The position numbers and the translations under genes are program-made. Positions 1 to 9,524 of a stretch of 64,000 nt of DNA are shown in pieces. The stretch is from Candidatus Iainarchaeum sp. (lineage in GTDB: Archaea > Iainarchaeota > Iainarchaeia > Iainarchaeales > DTGL01), in NCBI GenBank assembly GCA_038895395.1, contig JAWANJ010000001.1, forward strand, positions 298-64,297, written 5' to 3'. Position 1 is the stretch's first letter. Each line of letters opens with the position of its first letter. Below the pieces are notes generated by a model. The model was not told where the DNA came from. It searched no databases and saw only the letters and a program-made list of their open reading frames with translations.

Positions 1-240
1 ATTGGTAAGGCAAAAACCTTTCAGACTATCTTTATTTGTGATGCCATCATTAACCCGATACTTCTTTGCAGGATAATGTGGAAAACTTCCACCACCATGA
101 GCTACTATGAGCCTTTTATATTTCAAAGTTGATCTTATTTCAGAGGCTAACCTTGCAATCATATCTGTTCTAGCTTTTTCCTTAATGCATTTGTTTGTTA
201 TTAGTGAACCGCCTAACTTAACCAAAACCAGTTCTTTCAA
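1..240 (-). CDS. ipk: isopentenyl phosphate kinase (amino-acid-kinase family), partial; C-terminus lies beyond the window start
   Basis: Manual minus-strand translation of 1..255 gives ...DILKELVLVKLGGSLITNK...LIVAHGGGSFPHYPAKKYRVNDG..., matching the IPK/amino-acid-kinase N-terminal motifs (LKLGGS, HGGGSFGH). No stop before position 1. The only start in frame is TTG at 240-238, which overlaps the TGA stop of the upstream gene (TTGA). Confidence 0.6.
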   Translation of the reverse strand, partial: MKELVLVKLGGSLITNKCIKEKARTDMIARLASEIRSTLKYKRLIVAHGGGSFPHYPAKKYRVNDGITNKDSLKGFCLTN

Positions 241-623
241 AATATCACCTTGGCTTTATCAGCGTCAACTGTTACAAACATGCCATTTTTTATTTTCCCT
301 ATCCTTACTTTATCAACGCAGGGTATTTCTGACAATATAGCACCTGCTGCAACTATAGCCTCACATTCTGCTAATACCATAGCAGCCGGCGCTTTGTTGT
401 TTTTCTTTAATCGATATATTGTATAGGTCCCTACTGTAGAACCTTTTCCATGTGGAAATACTAAAACTTTATCCGCAATACATTTTCCTTCAAGCTCATG
501 TCCTTTTTCTATAACTATGCCTGTTTCTGGATCCACACCACCAAAGAATGATATTGGCTGTTTAGTAACTAAGCACTCACCCTTGACTTTTCCAGAAGCT
601 ATCGTACGACCTTTTAAAATCAT
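237..623 (-). CDS. aconitase X small subunit-like (phosphomevalonate dehydratase small subunit, DUF126 family)
   Basis: 128-aa ORF directly downstream of the AcnX catalytic subunit with a 4-nt overlap. Size and operon position match the two-subunit AcnX-type mevalonate-5-phosphate dehydratase. Confidence 0.55.
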   Translation of the reverse strand: MILKGRTIASGKVKGECLVTKQPISFFGGVDPETGIVIEKGHELEGKCIADKVLVFPHGKGSTVGTYTIYRLKKNNKAPAAMVLAECEAIVAAGAILSEIPCVDKVRIGKIKNGMFVTVDADKAKVIF

Positions 624-1795
624 TTTATCGCCTCTTCAATGCACTCTTTTAATGATGCTATTCTAACCTTGAAATTGTTAGAACCCCTACCATAAAAACA
701 TGCCTTTGCAGAATTTGTCAACATATAGCCAAACCTGTTTTTAAGTGGAGCCACGGCTATGCATGTGTCACATATGATTTTTGCGCCTGCTTTTTCAATA
801 ATTTCAGTGTAGCCCATTGAATCAGCGATTTTTTTAACAGGCCTTGCACAAGTTATCCAAAACTCTTTTTTCACTTTTTTTCCTTTTAGCTCTTTTGCAA
901 TCTCACGTATTTCAACAATAGATGCGTGTGGACAACCTATTGCTATTAAATCAACGCTACCAGAATCACTTAAGGATTTTTTTGCTTTTTCAATATCCTT
1001 TCTTGTTATGTACACTTCTTTTTTCGGTGGCTTCACATTTTCAGGGGTTATATTTTCCATATGAAAAAGAGCGGTACCGCCAAAAGTTGCTATGGAAGCA
1101 CAAAAACTCTTAAGCTCATCTAAGCTAGCATGGCTTATGCCTTTAATGTAGGGTATTGAATTACCAATTTTTTCACCCAATGCTTTGCCAAATGCACCAA
1201 AGTCAGCCACGCCTGAAAGCTCAGCCTTTACCAAAACAGAGTACTTTGGCTTGCGATTTTTATCAAGATGAAAACCATATTCTGGTGTTTTGCCTGTAAG
1301 TGCACTAGCCAAACTTGAAAATCCGCTTTCTCTGTTAGTTCTAGCGCCGAGTACAGAGTTTGCGAAGCAAACAGCACTGCTCTCACTCCATGCTATATGA
1401 GAGCCATACTTTGGAATATTCCCTATCAAGTAAGGCGTGCAAGTACATGTGACTATTACCCCCATCTTCTTGAAAGCCTCTAAGATACGTTCTTGCTTTT
1501 CGACAAAATTTTTATCTATGCCTAGATTTTGCCAGTTTTCTAGATCTATGCCAGCGGGGTTTAAAGTTGTAAGTGGAACTCTTACCTTAGCGTCTTGGGC
1601 GAGTTCTTCAAGCAAGCTAAGGCCAGCGTCTCCCAGGTTTTGGTAACTAACGCCAGCAATCTGCACACTTTCAACTGGTATGAGTCTTTTTGCTGAGTAT
1701 ATGTTACCAAGTGCAACAAGCAGTTCCATTGCCTTTTTCGCAGCTTTTCCGTGTTTACCTTTAAGATATTCCTTTTCTTCGAAGCTTAGTTTCAT
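620..1795 (-). CDS. aconitase X catalytic (large) subunit-like; putative mevalonate 5-phosphate dehydratase
   Basis: 391-aa ORF embedded between the UbiD-like decarboxylase and the small-subunit gene inside the mevalonate operon. This is the architecture expected for archaeal AcnX (DUF521) phosphomevalonate dehydratase. Confidence 0.6.
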   Translation of the reverse strand: MKLSFEEKEYLKGKHGKAAKKAMELLVALGNIYSAKRLIPVESVQIAGVSYQNLGDAGLSLLEELAQDAKVRVPLTTLNPAGIDLENWQNLGIDKNFVEKQERILEAFKKMGVIVTCTCTPYLIGNIPKYGSHIAWSESSAVCFANSVLGARTNRESGFSSLASALTGKTPEYGFHLDKNRKPKYSVLVKAELSGVADFGAFGKALGEKIGNSIPYIKGISHASLDELKSFCASIATFGGTALFHMENITPENVKPPKKEVYITRKDIEKAKKSLSDSGSVDLIAIGCPHASIVEIREIAKELKGKKVKKEFWITCARPVKKIADSMGYTEIIEKAGAKIICDTCIAVAPLKNRFGYMLTNSAKACFYGRGSNNFKVRIASLKECIEEAIK

Positions 1796-3111
1796 TTCTT
1801 TTCACCAAGATATTTTTTAAGATCTACCTTTTCATAAGACACTCTCTTAAAATCATCCTTATTTTTGTTGGCGGGTATTGTGAGGTCGAACCCAACCTTG
1901 CATGTTATTCTGGTTTTTTGATCTGCGCTAGGATCAAGACTTGAGCCTTTTTGACCAGGATAGATATATAGTTGCTTGTCAGCTTGGAATCTAGTAGCTA
2001 AGGCCCATTCAACATCTTGCATGTTGTTTGCATCAATATCCTCATCTACAACAAAAACATGCTTGAGTGAACTATGACCTTTGAAAGCAGCTTTGACTAC
2101 TTTTTTTATTTGTTCATCATTTTCTTTGCGTATTTGTACTACAGCATGAAGCCATGAACAACCACCTTGCGTTATGTTTACATTTATGCATTTAGCAACT
2201 TTGTTAACTTCGTTAAATATTGTTGGTTCTCTTGGCATGCCCATAAGCAAGCCATGCTCATTACCACCAGGAAGAAGCGCATGCCAGATAGCATTTTTTC
2301 TGTGTGTTATTTTTTTTACTTTTAGAATAGGTTGCTTTCTAACAAGGTCCCTTGTACCAGTTAAGTCCAGAAACATACCTTCATTGGCAAGTTCATTCAT
2401 AGTAAGGGTGCCCTCAATAACAAACTCAGAGCTTGCCGGAACGTAAACATTTGCGAATTTTGCTTTTACAACATTAAAATCTTCTAAAGCGCTTGCAATT
2501 TCAAATTCAAATTGACCTATTGGTGGGCTGGTTGCACCAGCAAGTAGAACACTTGCTGGATTACCTATACAAACAGCAACGTCAAGCTCTCCGCCAGCTC
2601 TATTCAAAAATTCATATAGATTACGTTCGCAAACCCTTACTGAAAAATTCTTTTTGTCAAGCTGCATACATCTGTGAAATGATGCGTTCATTCCAAGTTC
2701 TTTGTCACGTGCAACGAAAACGCCAGATGTTATGTAGTTTCCACCATCGATTTTTGTATGCTTTAAAATTGGAAGTTTGTCAAGATCTATTTCTTCATCT
2801 TCAATTACAACCTCCTGACAAGGACCTTTCTTTGAAACCTTGAGCTTTTTTGGTTTATTTAGAGCATCAACCAGGATTCTTATTAGATCTTTTTCCTTGC
2901 AGTTAAAATATTTTGAGATGTAACGTTTTGATGAGAAAACATTTCCGGCAATCATAAAGTTGGATTCTCGAATATTTTCGAAAAGCACTGGTTTTCCATC
3001 TAATGCTTTTAGCACAGCTGCAGCTTCTAAATTTTTTGATACAGGCCTACTTATTTTTATTAGATCCCCCTCTTTTTCGAGTTTTTTTAAGAAGCTCCTA
3101 AAGTCCATCAT
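1792..3111 (-). CDS. UbiD-family decarboxylase; putative trans-anhydromevalonate 5-phosphate decarboxylase
   Basis: 439-aa ORF of UbiD size and character, located immediately downstream of UbiX (14-nt overlap) and upstream of AcnX in the mevalonate operon. Confidence 0.7.
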   Translation of the reverse strand: MMDFRSFLKKLEKEGDLIKISRPVSKNLEAAAVLKALDGKPVLFENIRESNFMIAGNVFSSKRYISKYFNCKEKDLIRILVDALNKPKKLKVSKKGPCQEVVIEDEEIDLDKLPILKHTKIDGGNYITSGVFVARDKELGMNASFHRCMQLDKKNFSVRVCERNLYEFLNRAGGELDVAVCIGNPASVLLAGATSPPIGQFEFEIASALEDFNVVKAKFANVYVPASSEFVIEGTLTMNELANEGMFLDLTGTRDLVRKQPILKVKKITHRKNAIWHALLPGGNEHGLLMGMPREPTIFNEVNKVAKCINVNITQGGCSWLHAVVQIRKENDEQIKKVVKAAFKGHSSLKHVFVVDEDIDANNMQDVEWALATRFQADKQLYIYPGQKGSSLDPSADQKTRITCKVGFDLTIPANKNKDDFKRVSYEKVDLKKYLGEKK

Positions 3112-3646
3112 CCCACCTCTTATACAGGTTATTTTTTACTCCAAGCAGATCAAGTATTTTGCCAACTATAAATGCTTCTAGGTCAGCAATGCTGCGTGGT
3201 TTAGAATAAAACCCAGGAGATAATGGAAATACAACTGCTCCATAAAGGGATATCTCATAGAGGTTCTTAAGCGTTGGTGGGCTCAGCGGAGTTTCCCTTA
3301 TGCAAACAATCAGCTTTTTTTTCTGTCGTAGCATGTTATCGGCACACCTAGCAATAAGAGTATCGGTATGTGCATTGGCTATATCACTAACTGTTTTTAC
3401 ACTAGCTGGAATGATTACCATAGCGTCTGTTATAAAACTAGAGCTAGATATGGAAGCTCCCAAATCATTGTTGTCGTGCATCTTTGACGCGTACCTTTCT
3501 AAGTTAGGCGCTTCTATTTCAGAAACTTTTTTAGACCATTCTGACATCACAAGGTGGGTTTCAATTTTTCTTTTTTTAAGTTCTTTGAGAAGCAACTTTG
3601 TATAGTTTAAACCACTTGCACCACATGCTGCAATTATTATTCGCAT
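3098..3646 (-). CDS. ubiX: UbiX-type flavin prenyltransferase (prFMN synthase)
   Basis: 182 aa. N-terminus MRIIIAACGASG... is the typical flavoprotein fold of the UbiX/Pad1 family. Adjacent to the UbiD-like gene. Confidence 0.8.
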   Translation of the reverse strand: MRIIIAACGASGLNYTKLLLKELKKRKIETHLVMSEWSKKVSEIEAPNLERYASKMHDNNDLGASISSSSFITDAMVIIPASVKTVSDIANAHTDTLIARCADNMLRQKKKLIVCIRETPLSPPTLKNLYEISLYGAVVFPLSPGFYSKPRSIADLEAFIVGKILDLLGVKNNLYKRWDDGL

Positions 3647-4629
3647 TCCTTGACACCCTCCACACCTATTTTAGTTATTATTGCTTGTGCCCCTGTTGAT
3701 TCTATGGCTTTTGCTATTTTTTTCTCTGTTCCATTTTTTGCTAGAGCAAACATTACACCGCCCCAGCCACCACCACTTAGCTTAGCGCCAAGAGCACCCG
3801 CATTTAAAGCTTCTTTTATGCAGTCATCGAGCTTTGGATGACTCAGGCCTAGTTTAGAAAGTATCTTTTGATTTTTGTTCATAAGCGAACCTAGTAAAGG
3901 TTCATCTTCCGTTTGAAGAGCTTTTTCTATTGAATTGCAAATCAAAGCAATCTTTTTGAATTGCTTCTGGACAAATTCAGGATATCTTCGAATTAAAGAG
4001 GGCATGTGCATACCAACGGTAAGAGCTGTTGGAGCTCTTATATTGGTGTTTCCTATAACAACACTAAATCTATGTACCCCAAGGTTTTCAAAGCTGAGAG
4101 AAATTTTGCCTTCTGATCCAATCTTTTGAATCTTGTGATAGCCACCAAAAGAGCTTGAAAGAATCTCACTGCCGGAAGCTTTACCACCATGTACCTTAAC
4201 TTGAAGAGGATAAAGATATTTGAAAAAATCTTCTTTTTTTATACCAAAATCAAAAAGAAGATTTAATGCATGTAGAGATGCACTTAGCACAGCAGTGCTT
4301 GAGCTAAGACCAGACTCAACAGGAACATCAGATTCTATGCTTAGCCTAATGCCTCTTTTAATACCATGTTTTTTAATCAGGATCTCAATTAAGTCAAAAA
4401 AGATGTATAACTCCTTTTTACCGTGTCTGTTCAAAACTTTTTCGGATTTTAAGGATGCCTTGGCTTTACCAAGCTCTCTGCTTTCCACTATGATTGATCT
4501 ACTTTTTAAAATTGAGGCTGTGCAATATGCTCTTAGGTCAACTGCGGTCACTACTGCCGGATAACCATAAACGACAGCATGCTCACCAGCAAAAAATATA
4601 TTTCCTGGAGCACTCGCCTTTACAGACAC
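3637..4629 (-). CDS. mvk: mevalonate kinase (GHMP kinase)
   Basis: 330 aa. N-terminal SAPGNIFFAGEHAVVYG matches the MVK motif APGKxxLFGEHAVVYG. GHMP-kinase Gly-rich ATP loop (LSSSTAV) is present. Confidence 0.8.
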   Translation of the reverse strand: MSVKASAPGNIFFAGEHAVVYGYPAVVTAVDLRAYCTASILKSRSIIVESRELGKAKASLKSEKVLNRHGKKELYIFFDLIEILIKKHGIKRGIRLSIESDVPVESGLSSSTAVLSASLHALNLLFDFGIKKEDFFKYLYPLQVKVHGGKASGSEILSSSFGGYHKIQKIGSEGKISLSFENLGVHRFSVVIGNTNIRAPTALTVGMHMPSLIRRYPEFVQKQFKKIALICNSIEKALQTEDEPLLGSLMNKNQKILSKLGLSHPKLDDCIKEALNAGALGAKLSGGGWGGVMFALAKNGTEKKIAKAIESTGAQAIITKIGVEGVKECE

Positions 4630-4655
4630 TTTAGAAACCTCTTTGATTGATAATA

Positions 4656-5057
4656 TTAACTTATAACTTTGAATTTATAACCATAGGTAATAGTGCCATA
4701 TTTGTCTGGTTCACCTACTCTCCTAAAAACCTTTTTTACTTTTGCACCAATCTTTATAGCTTCTGGTTCGGAGTCAACTATTTGTGCTAAAACCCTTGCT
4801 TTGTTTTCTAGCTCTATTAGGGCTAGGTAGTATGGCACCTCGTTTTTGAAACCTTCTGGTGGCACATATACTCTAGTGTAGCTTATTATTTTGCCAAACC
4901 TAGGCATATCCATTTGAACAAGTTTGCCTTTTCTTCTACAGTTGGGACATATTGCTCTGGGCGGGAAAAAAGCTTGCTTGCAGACTTCACAGTAGTTTCC
5001 TCTCAACAAGTATCTTTCAGGAAATCTTCTCCAGTTGAGAGGTGCAACGTTTTGCAC
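4656..5057 (-). CDS. DUF35 OB-fold/Zn-ribbon protein (scaffold partner of thiolase/HMG-CoA synthase)
   Basis: 133 aa with CxxC...CxxC ribbon (CEVCKQAFFPPRAICPNCRRKG). Sits 4 nt downstream of the thiolase, which is the conserved archaeal thiolase-HMGCS-DUF35 triad. Confidence 0.75.
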   Translation of the reverse strand: MQNVAPLNWRRFPERYLLRGNYCEVCKQAFFPPRAICPNCRRKGKLVQMDMPRFGKIISYTRVYVPPEGFKNEVPYYLALIELENKARVLAQIVDSEPEAIKIGAKVKKVFRRVGEPDKYGTITYGYKFKVIS

Positions 5058-5061
5058 AATA

Positions 5062-6231
5062 TCACCCTTTGAATTTTTTATAAATTGTTACAACCGCTGT
5101 AGCACCTGAACCACCGACATTGTGGCTCAAACCTATCTTTGCTTTTTTCACTTGGCGTTCCTCAGCCATCCCCATTAGCTGGTAATAGGCTTCGACTGCT
5201 TGAGCTACACCAGTAGCGCCAACGGGGTGTCCTTTTCCTTTTAGCCCACCACTTGGGTTTATAGGAATCTTTCCTTTAAGCGAGGTATATCCTTTTTCTG
5301 TTGCAATACCACCTTCACCTTTTTCAAAGAAACCAAGATCTTCAATTGCTAAGATCTCCGCTATTGTAAAACAATCATGCACTTCTGCAAAGTCAATATC
5401 CTTTGGGCTTAGCCCTGTTTTTTTGTACGCTTTTTGTGCAGCCATTCTTGTGGCTTTTAGCTCCACCAAACTTTTCCTTCCAGTTATGGCCAAGGTATCT
5501 GAAGCTTGTTCTGATGCAAGTATTTCAACGCCTTTAAGGCCGAGTTCTTCAGCTTTTTGGTTTGAACATAAAATAAGTGCTGCTGCTCCATCCGTTATTG
5601 GTGAACAATCTAGCACTTTTATTGGTTCTGCTACATATCCTGACTTCATAACTTCTTCTATGGTTATTATGCGATGGAACTGTGCATTGGGGTTTAGCAT
5701 TGCATTTGCGTGGTTTTTAACAGCTACAGCTGCCATTTGTTCTTCGGTTGTGCCAAACTCATTCATATGCGCTCTTGCTAAAAGCGCATACAAACTTGGA
5801 AAAGTAGCACCGTGAAAGAGCTCAATCTCTTGGTCTCCTGCGCCACCTAAAGCAAAGCTAACTCCTTCTGTGCTAAGCTCAGTCATCTTTTCAACACCAC
5901 CAACAGCAACAATATCATGGACACCACTTTTTATTGCGAGATAAGCAGTCCTTAATGCAACACCACCAGAAGCACACGCTGCTTCGACTCTTGTACTAGG
6001 TATTGGATTTAAACCAAGCTGGTCTGCTATCAAAGCACCTATGTGCTCCTGCCCTATGAATCTCCCTGATGCCATACAACCGCCATAAATAGCTTCAATT
6101 TTTTCTCCTTGAAGGCCTGAGCTGCTTATTGCCTTTATTGCTGCATCTAGTATAAGTTCCCTAAACGATAGATCCCAGTGTTCATCAAATTTTGTAACAC
6201 CGGCCCCAACTATTACCACCATTTTATTCAC
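5062..6231 (-). CDS. acetyl-CoA C-acetyltransferase (acetoacetyl-CoA thiolase)
   Basis: 389 aa, archaeal thiolase (SCP-x-type) fold with active-site cysteines. Immediately downstream of HMG-CoA synthase. Confidence 0.85.
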   Translation of the reverse strand: MNKMVVIVGAGVTKFDEHWDLSFRELILDAAIKAISSSGLQGEKIEAIYGGCMASGRFIGQEHIGALIADQLGLNPIPSTRVEAACASGGVALRTAYLAIKSGVHDIVAVGGVEKMTELSTEGVSFALGGAGDQEIELFHGATFPSLYALLARAHMNEFGTTEEQMAAVAVKNHANAMLNPNAQFHRIITIEEVMKSGYVAEPIKVLDCSPITDGAAALILCSNQKAEELGLKGVEILASEQASDTLAITGRKSLVELKATRMAAQKAYKKTGLSPKDIDFAEVHDCFTIAEILAIEDLGFFEKGEGGIATEKGYTSLKGKIPINPSGGLKGKGHPVGATGVAQAVEAYYQLMGMAEERQVKKAKIGLSHNVGGSGATAVVTIYKKFKG

Positions 6232-7272
6232 CTACAAACTTTTTATCTTTCGTCTGTGTTTAAGATATATCGCATAGTCAATATACTCTTTTTCTTTTAT
6301 CATCTCAAGCACAGGTATTTTTGCTCTACGCTCAGAGATAGCATCAGTGGTGTTTATAACAAAAGCATCACTGCCAGCACCACTTCCATAGCTAACAGCA
6401 AGTATTTTTTGACCTGGCTTTGCAATATCAAGAATGCTTGCTAAGCCTATCATGGTAGCACCGCTGTATGTATTTCCTATGTAAGGTGTTAGCAAACCTT
6501 GTTCTATTTTTTTTGAATCTATTCCAAGAATGCTAGCAACCTTTAAAGGAAATTTTCCATTTGGCTGATGAAAAACAGCATAGTCAAAATCGGATGCTTT
6601 ATAACCAGTATCTTCAAGGATCATCTTGGCTGCACCCAAAACATGTTTGAAGTAAGCCTCTGCTGTAAATCTGCCTGTATGCTCAGGAAAATCTGCTTTT
6701 GGTCTACGCCAAAAATCAGGCATGTCACTTGTGTAGCTGCAGGTTGCCTCAATTTCGGCAATGACCTCATCTTTGTTATCGCCTATGAAAAAGGCACCAG
6801 CACCACTTGCAGCTGTAAATTCTAAAGCATCGTTTGGTTTGCTTTGGGCTGTGTCAGAACCTATGGCTAAGCCAACATCAATCATCTTTGCTTTTTTTAA
6901 TGCATAGCATATTTGCATACCAGCAGTACCTGCTTTACAAGCAAACTCAAGGTCAACAGCAAAGTATCTGTTTGTTGTACCTATGGCATCACCTACGATG
7001 CTAGAAGTTGGGTTAACTGCGTAGGGGTGACTTTCAGAACCAACATAAATTGCATTAATTCTTTTTGGATCTATAGAGAAGTCTTCTATGCCACGTCTTG
7101 CTGCCTCAACTGCTAAAGTGCATGCATCTTCGTCTATAGCAGCGACAGCTTTTTCATAAACACCAATCCCACCAGAACTCTTTTGCCATACTCGCTCGAT
7201 TTCGCTAACTTTTATTCTTAATTTAGGTATATATGCGCCATACCCAATAATTCCAACGACCATCTCAAGCAC
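6232..7272 (-). CDS. hydroxymethylglutaryl-CoA synthase
   Basis: 346 aa. N-terminal MVVGIIGYGAYIPKLRIKVSEI is typical of archaeal HMGCS. Overlaps the HMGR stop by 8 nt. Confidence 0.85.
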   Translation of the reverse strand: MLEMVVGIIGYGAYIPKLRIKVSEIERVWQKSSGGIGVYEKAVAAIDEDACTLAVEAARRGIEDFSIDPKRINAIYVGSESHPYAVNPTSSIVGDAIGTTNRYFAVDLEFACKAGTAGMQICYALKKAKMIDVGLAIGSDTAQSKPNDALEFTAASGAGAFFIGDNKDEVIAEIEATCSYTSDMPDFWRRPKADFPEHTGRFTAEAYFKHVLGAAKMILEDTGYKASDFDYAVFHQPNGKFPLKVASILGIDSKKIEQGLLTPYIGNTYSGATMIGLASILDIAKPGQKILAVSYGSGAGSDAFVINTTDAISERRAKIPVLEMIKEKEYIDYAIYLKHRRKIKSL

Positions 7273-8530
7273 CTTGCTTAATTTTTTTCAGGATTTCTCT
7301 TGCAAATGCCTCATTTATTTGGTTATTTTCAATCATGGCCATGGCGACCTTTTCTATTTCGTCTCCTGTTGCACCAGCTTGAATTGCTATGTTTTTGGCA
7401 TGAAGTCGCATATGACCATATTGGATTCCTGTTGTTGCGAGAGCGTAGAGTGCAGCAAAATTTTGAGCTAAACCAACAGCACCCATAACTTCTGCAAGTT
7501 CTTTTGCACTTTTTACCCCCAATATCTTTAAGCACAATTTTGCCATTGGATTTACCCTTGTTGAGCCACCCACTATACCAACTTGAATAGGTATTTCAAT
7601 TTCGCCAACCAAGTTGCCTTGTTTATCTTTCCAGTATTTTGTTAGTGGTTTATATTTACCCGACAGGCTAGCATAGCTATGAGCTCCGGCTTCTAAAGCT
7701 CTGAAATCATTTCCAGTAGCTATTGCTACAGCGTCAATGCCATTCATTATACCCTTGTTGTGTGTTGTTGCCCTAAAGCGATCAGCACAAGCAAATTTCC
7801 AAGCTTTTATTATATCTTCCACCACTCCCTTAGAGGAATCTTTTTCTAGCTCTACCTTGGAAAAAACAGCCCTTGCTTTAACCAGTCTATAGATGGCAAG
7901 ATTTGATATTATTTTAATGCCTGTCTTACATTTACAAATCTGTTCTATGTAAGGTGCTACACGCTCACACATTGTATTTATAGCATTTGCACCCATCGCA
8001 TCTTTGACATCAACTAGCAAATGCAAAACCATGAATTCCTTAAATCTCCTGATTTCTATATCTTTTGCACCACCGCCATAAGAAACAAGTATCTTATCTG
8101 TTGAATTTGCAATTTCCAATATCTTTTCTTTGTTCTGTTTTATTAACCTGGTAACCTTTTGCTGTTTGCTGCCCTTTGCAAAGATTTGTACTTGTCCAAT
8201 CATGATTTGCTCTGTTGCTTTAGATTCAAAACCTCCTAAAAACCTAGCAAACTTTGCACCCTTGCTTGCTGCAGCAACAACACTTGTTTCTTCTATGGCC
8301 ATTGGCACAAGATAGTCCTTTCCGTTTATTAGAAAATGGGTTGCAATGCCCAATGGCAAACCAAAAATGCCGACAACATTTTCAATCATCTTGTCTGCTA
8401 TTTGAAAGCTAATAGGTTTAAGTTCTTTAAGCAATGTGACCTCTTCTTCTGAAAGCCCACACACATATTTTAATATTTGAAGCCTTTCTTCAAAAGTTTT
8501 ATTATAAAAACCACTTATTTTAGAACCCAT
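7265..8530 (-). CDS. hmgA: HMG-CoA reductase (class I)
   Basis: 421 aa, class-I-like HMGR in length and character (specific catalytic motifs not traced), first gene of the operon. An archaeal TATA-like element (reverse complement of ~8570-8585) lies upstream. Confidence 0.85.
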   Translation of the reverse strand: MGSKISGFYNKTFEERLQILKYVCGLSEEEVTLLKELKPISFQIADKMIENVVGIFGLPLGIATHFLINGKDYLVPMAIEETSVVAAASKGAKFARFLGGFESKATEQIMIGQVQIFAKGSKQQKVTRLIKQNKEKILEIANSTDKILVSYGGGAKDIEIRRFKEFMVLHLLVDVKDAMGANAINTMCERVAPYIEQICKCKTGIKIISNLAIYRLVKARAVFSKVELEKDSSKGVVEDIIKAWKFACADRFRATTHNKGIMNGIDAVAIATGNDFRALEAGAHSYASLSGKYKPLTKYWKDKQGNLVGEIEIPIQVGIVGGSTRVNPMAKLCLKILGVKSAKELAEVMGAVGLAQNFAALYALATTGIQYGHMRLHAKNIAIQAGATGDEIEKVAMAMIENNQINEAFAREILKKIKQGA

Positions 8531-8785
8531 TAGAACACACCTTGCAATAAATGTGAACCTACGAAAGAAATTAAAATAGTTCGATTTTTGGCTATTGCAA
8601 TTTCGTCAAAAAGCGATTTTATGAATATGTCTCGAGGGTGGCAAAAATTGTTTTTAATTTTCACGCGGGGGGGTTTTAAGATAGGTTTTTATAGTAAAGG
8701 AGTAAATTTAAATGGTAAAGGAGTACTAGCTAAATTTTATTGAATTATTATGGTGTTTTAGTTTTTAATTAAGATTACATTATTT

Positions 8786-9520
8786 ATGGTGCATGTGATG
8801 CCAAAAATCATAGGCAACAAACCCAAGTTTTATGAAAAAGCTAGGGCTTGGTATAAAAAACAAGGCAAGATAGATGTGCCTGGCTTTAAAAGGATTGAAA
8901 TCAAAAACAATAAGAACAGTCTTTTAGTGGTTTTTAATGGCAAGCGTTATGAGCTTAGGAAGTTTGGTCAAGGTTACGCCAACATATTAAGAAAAAAACC
9001 AATATATACATTTGTATCTGAACAAGGACGCATTTTAGTTGTTACAGAGTTTCTCCATAAAACACTCACAAAAGAACTTGTTCTTGAAATTGACGCATAC
9101 CATGCTGATTTACTTGCTGGGGACGTTGGTTTTAGAAGATTGTTGCATACAAACGTAAACATAATACTAGATCTTGAGATAGCGTACGATAGTTACTTCT
9201 ACTGGTGTCAGGGCGTTAACAAAAAACATTTAACAGGGCAAGCACCTGAATGGCTTAAAGGCAAAGGGTTTGGTTTGTTTGTAGAGTCTCTAAGACAAAT
9301 TAGGCTAGCAAAGCTTGGTGTTAGTAAATGGTTTGCTTCAATAATACCTGAAAAAGAAAGTTTGGAATTTGCTGAGCTTAGAGGTTTTCGTAAGCCAACT
9401 TTGGAAGAGATACTTTTGCTAGCGAAAGCAACATTGCGAAAGGAGCCTGACAAACGTACAATAAGACAAATGTTGAAAATCTATCATGTGAAAGACATTC
9501 CACCAATAAAAGGCAAATGA
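8786..9520 (+). CDS. hypothetical protein (244 aa), no recognisable motif
   Basis: Long ORF with coding-like composition, ending 4 nt before the ThyX-like gene. No catalytic motif identified. Confidence 0.4.
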   Translation: MVHVMPKIIGNKPKFYEKARAWYKKQGKIDVPGFKRIEIKNNKNSLLVVFNGKRYELRKFGQGYANILRKKPIYTFVSEQGRILVVTEFLHKTLTKELVLEIDAYHADLLAGDVGFRRLLHTNVNIILDLEIAYDSYFYWCQGVNKKHLTGQAPEWLKGKGFGLFVESLRQIRLAKLGVSKWFASIIPEKESLEFAELRGFRKPTLEEILLLAKATLRKEPDKRTIRQMLKIYHVKDIPPIKGK

Positions 9521-9524
9521 TTTT

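Noticed and set aside
107-340. 77-aa + strand ORF at the window start
   Set aside because: Lies antisense to, and wholly inside, the IPK and AcnX-small coding regions, which have strong protein-family signatures. No independent support.
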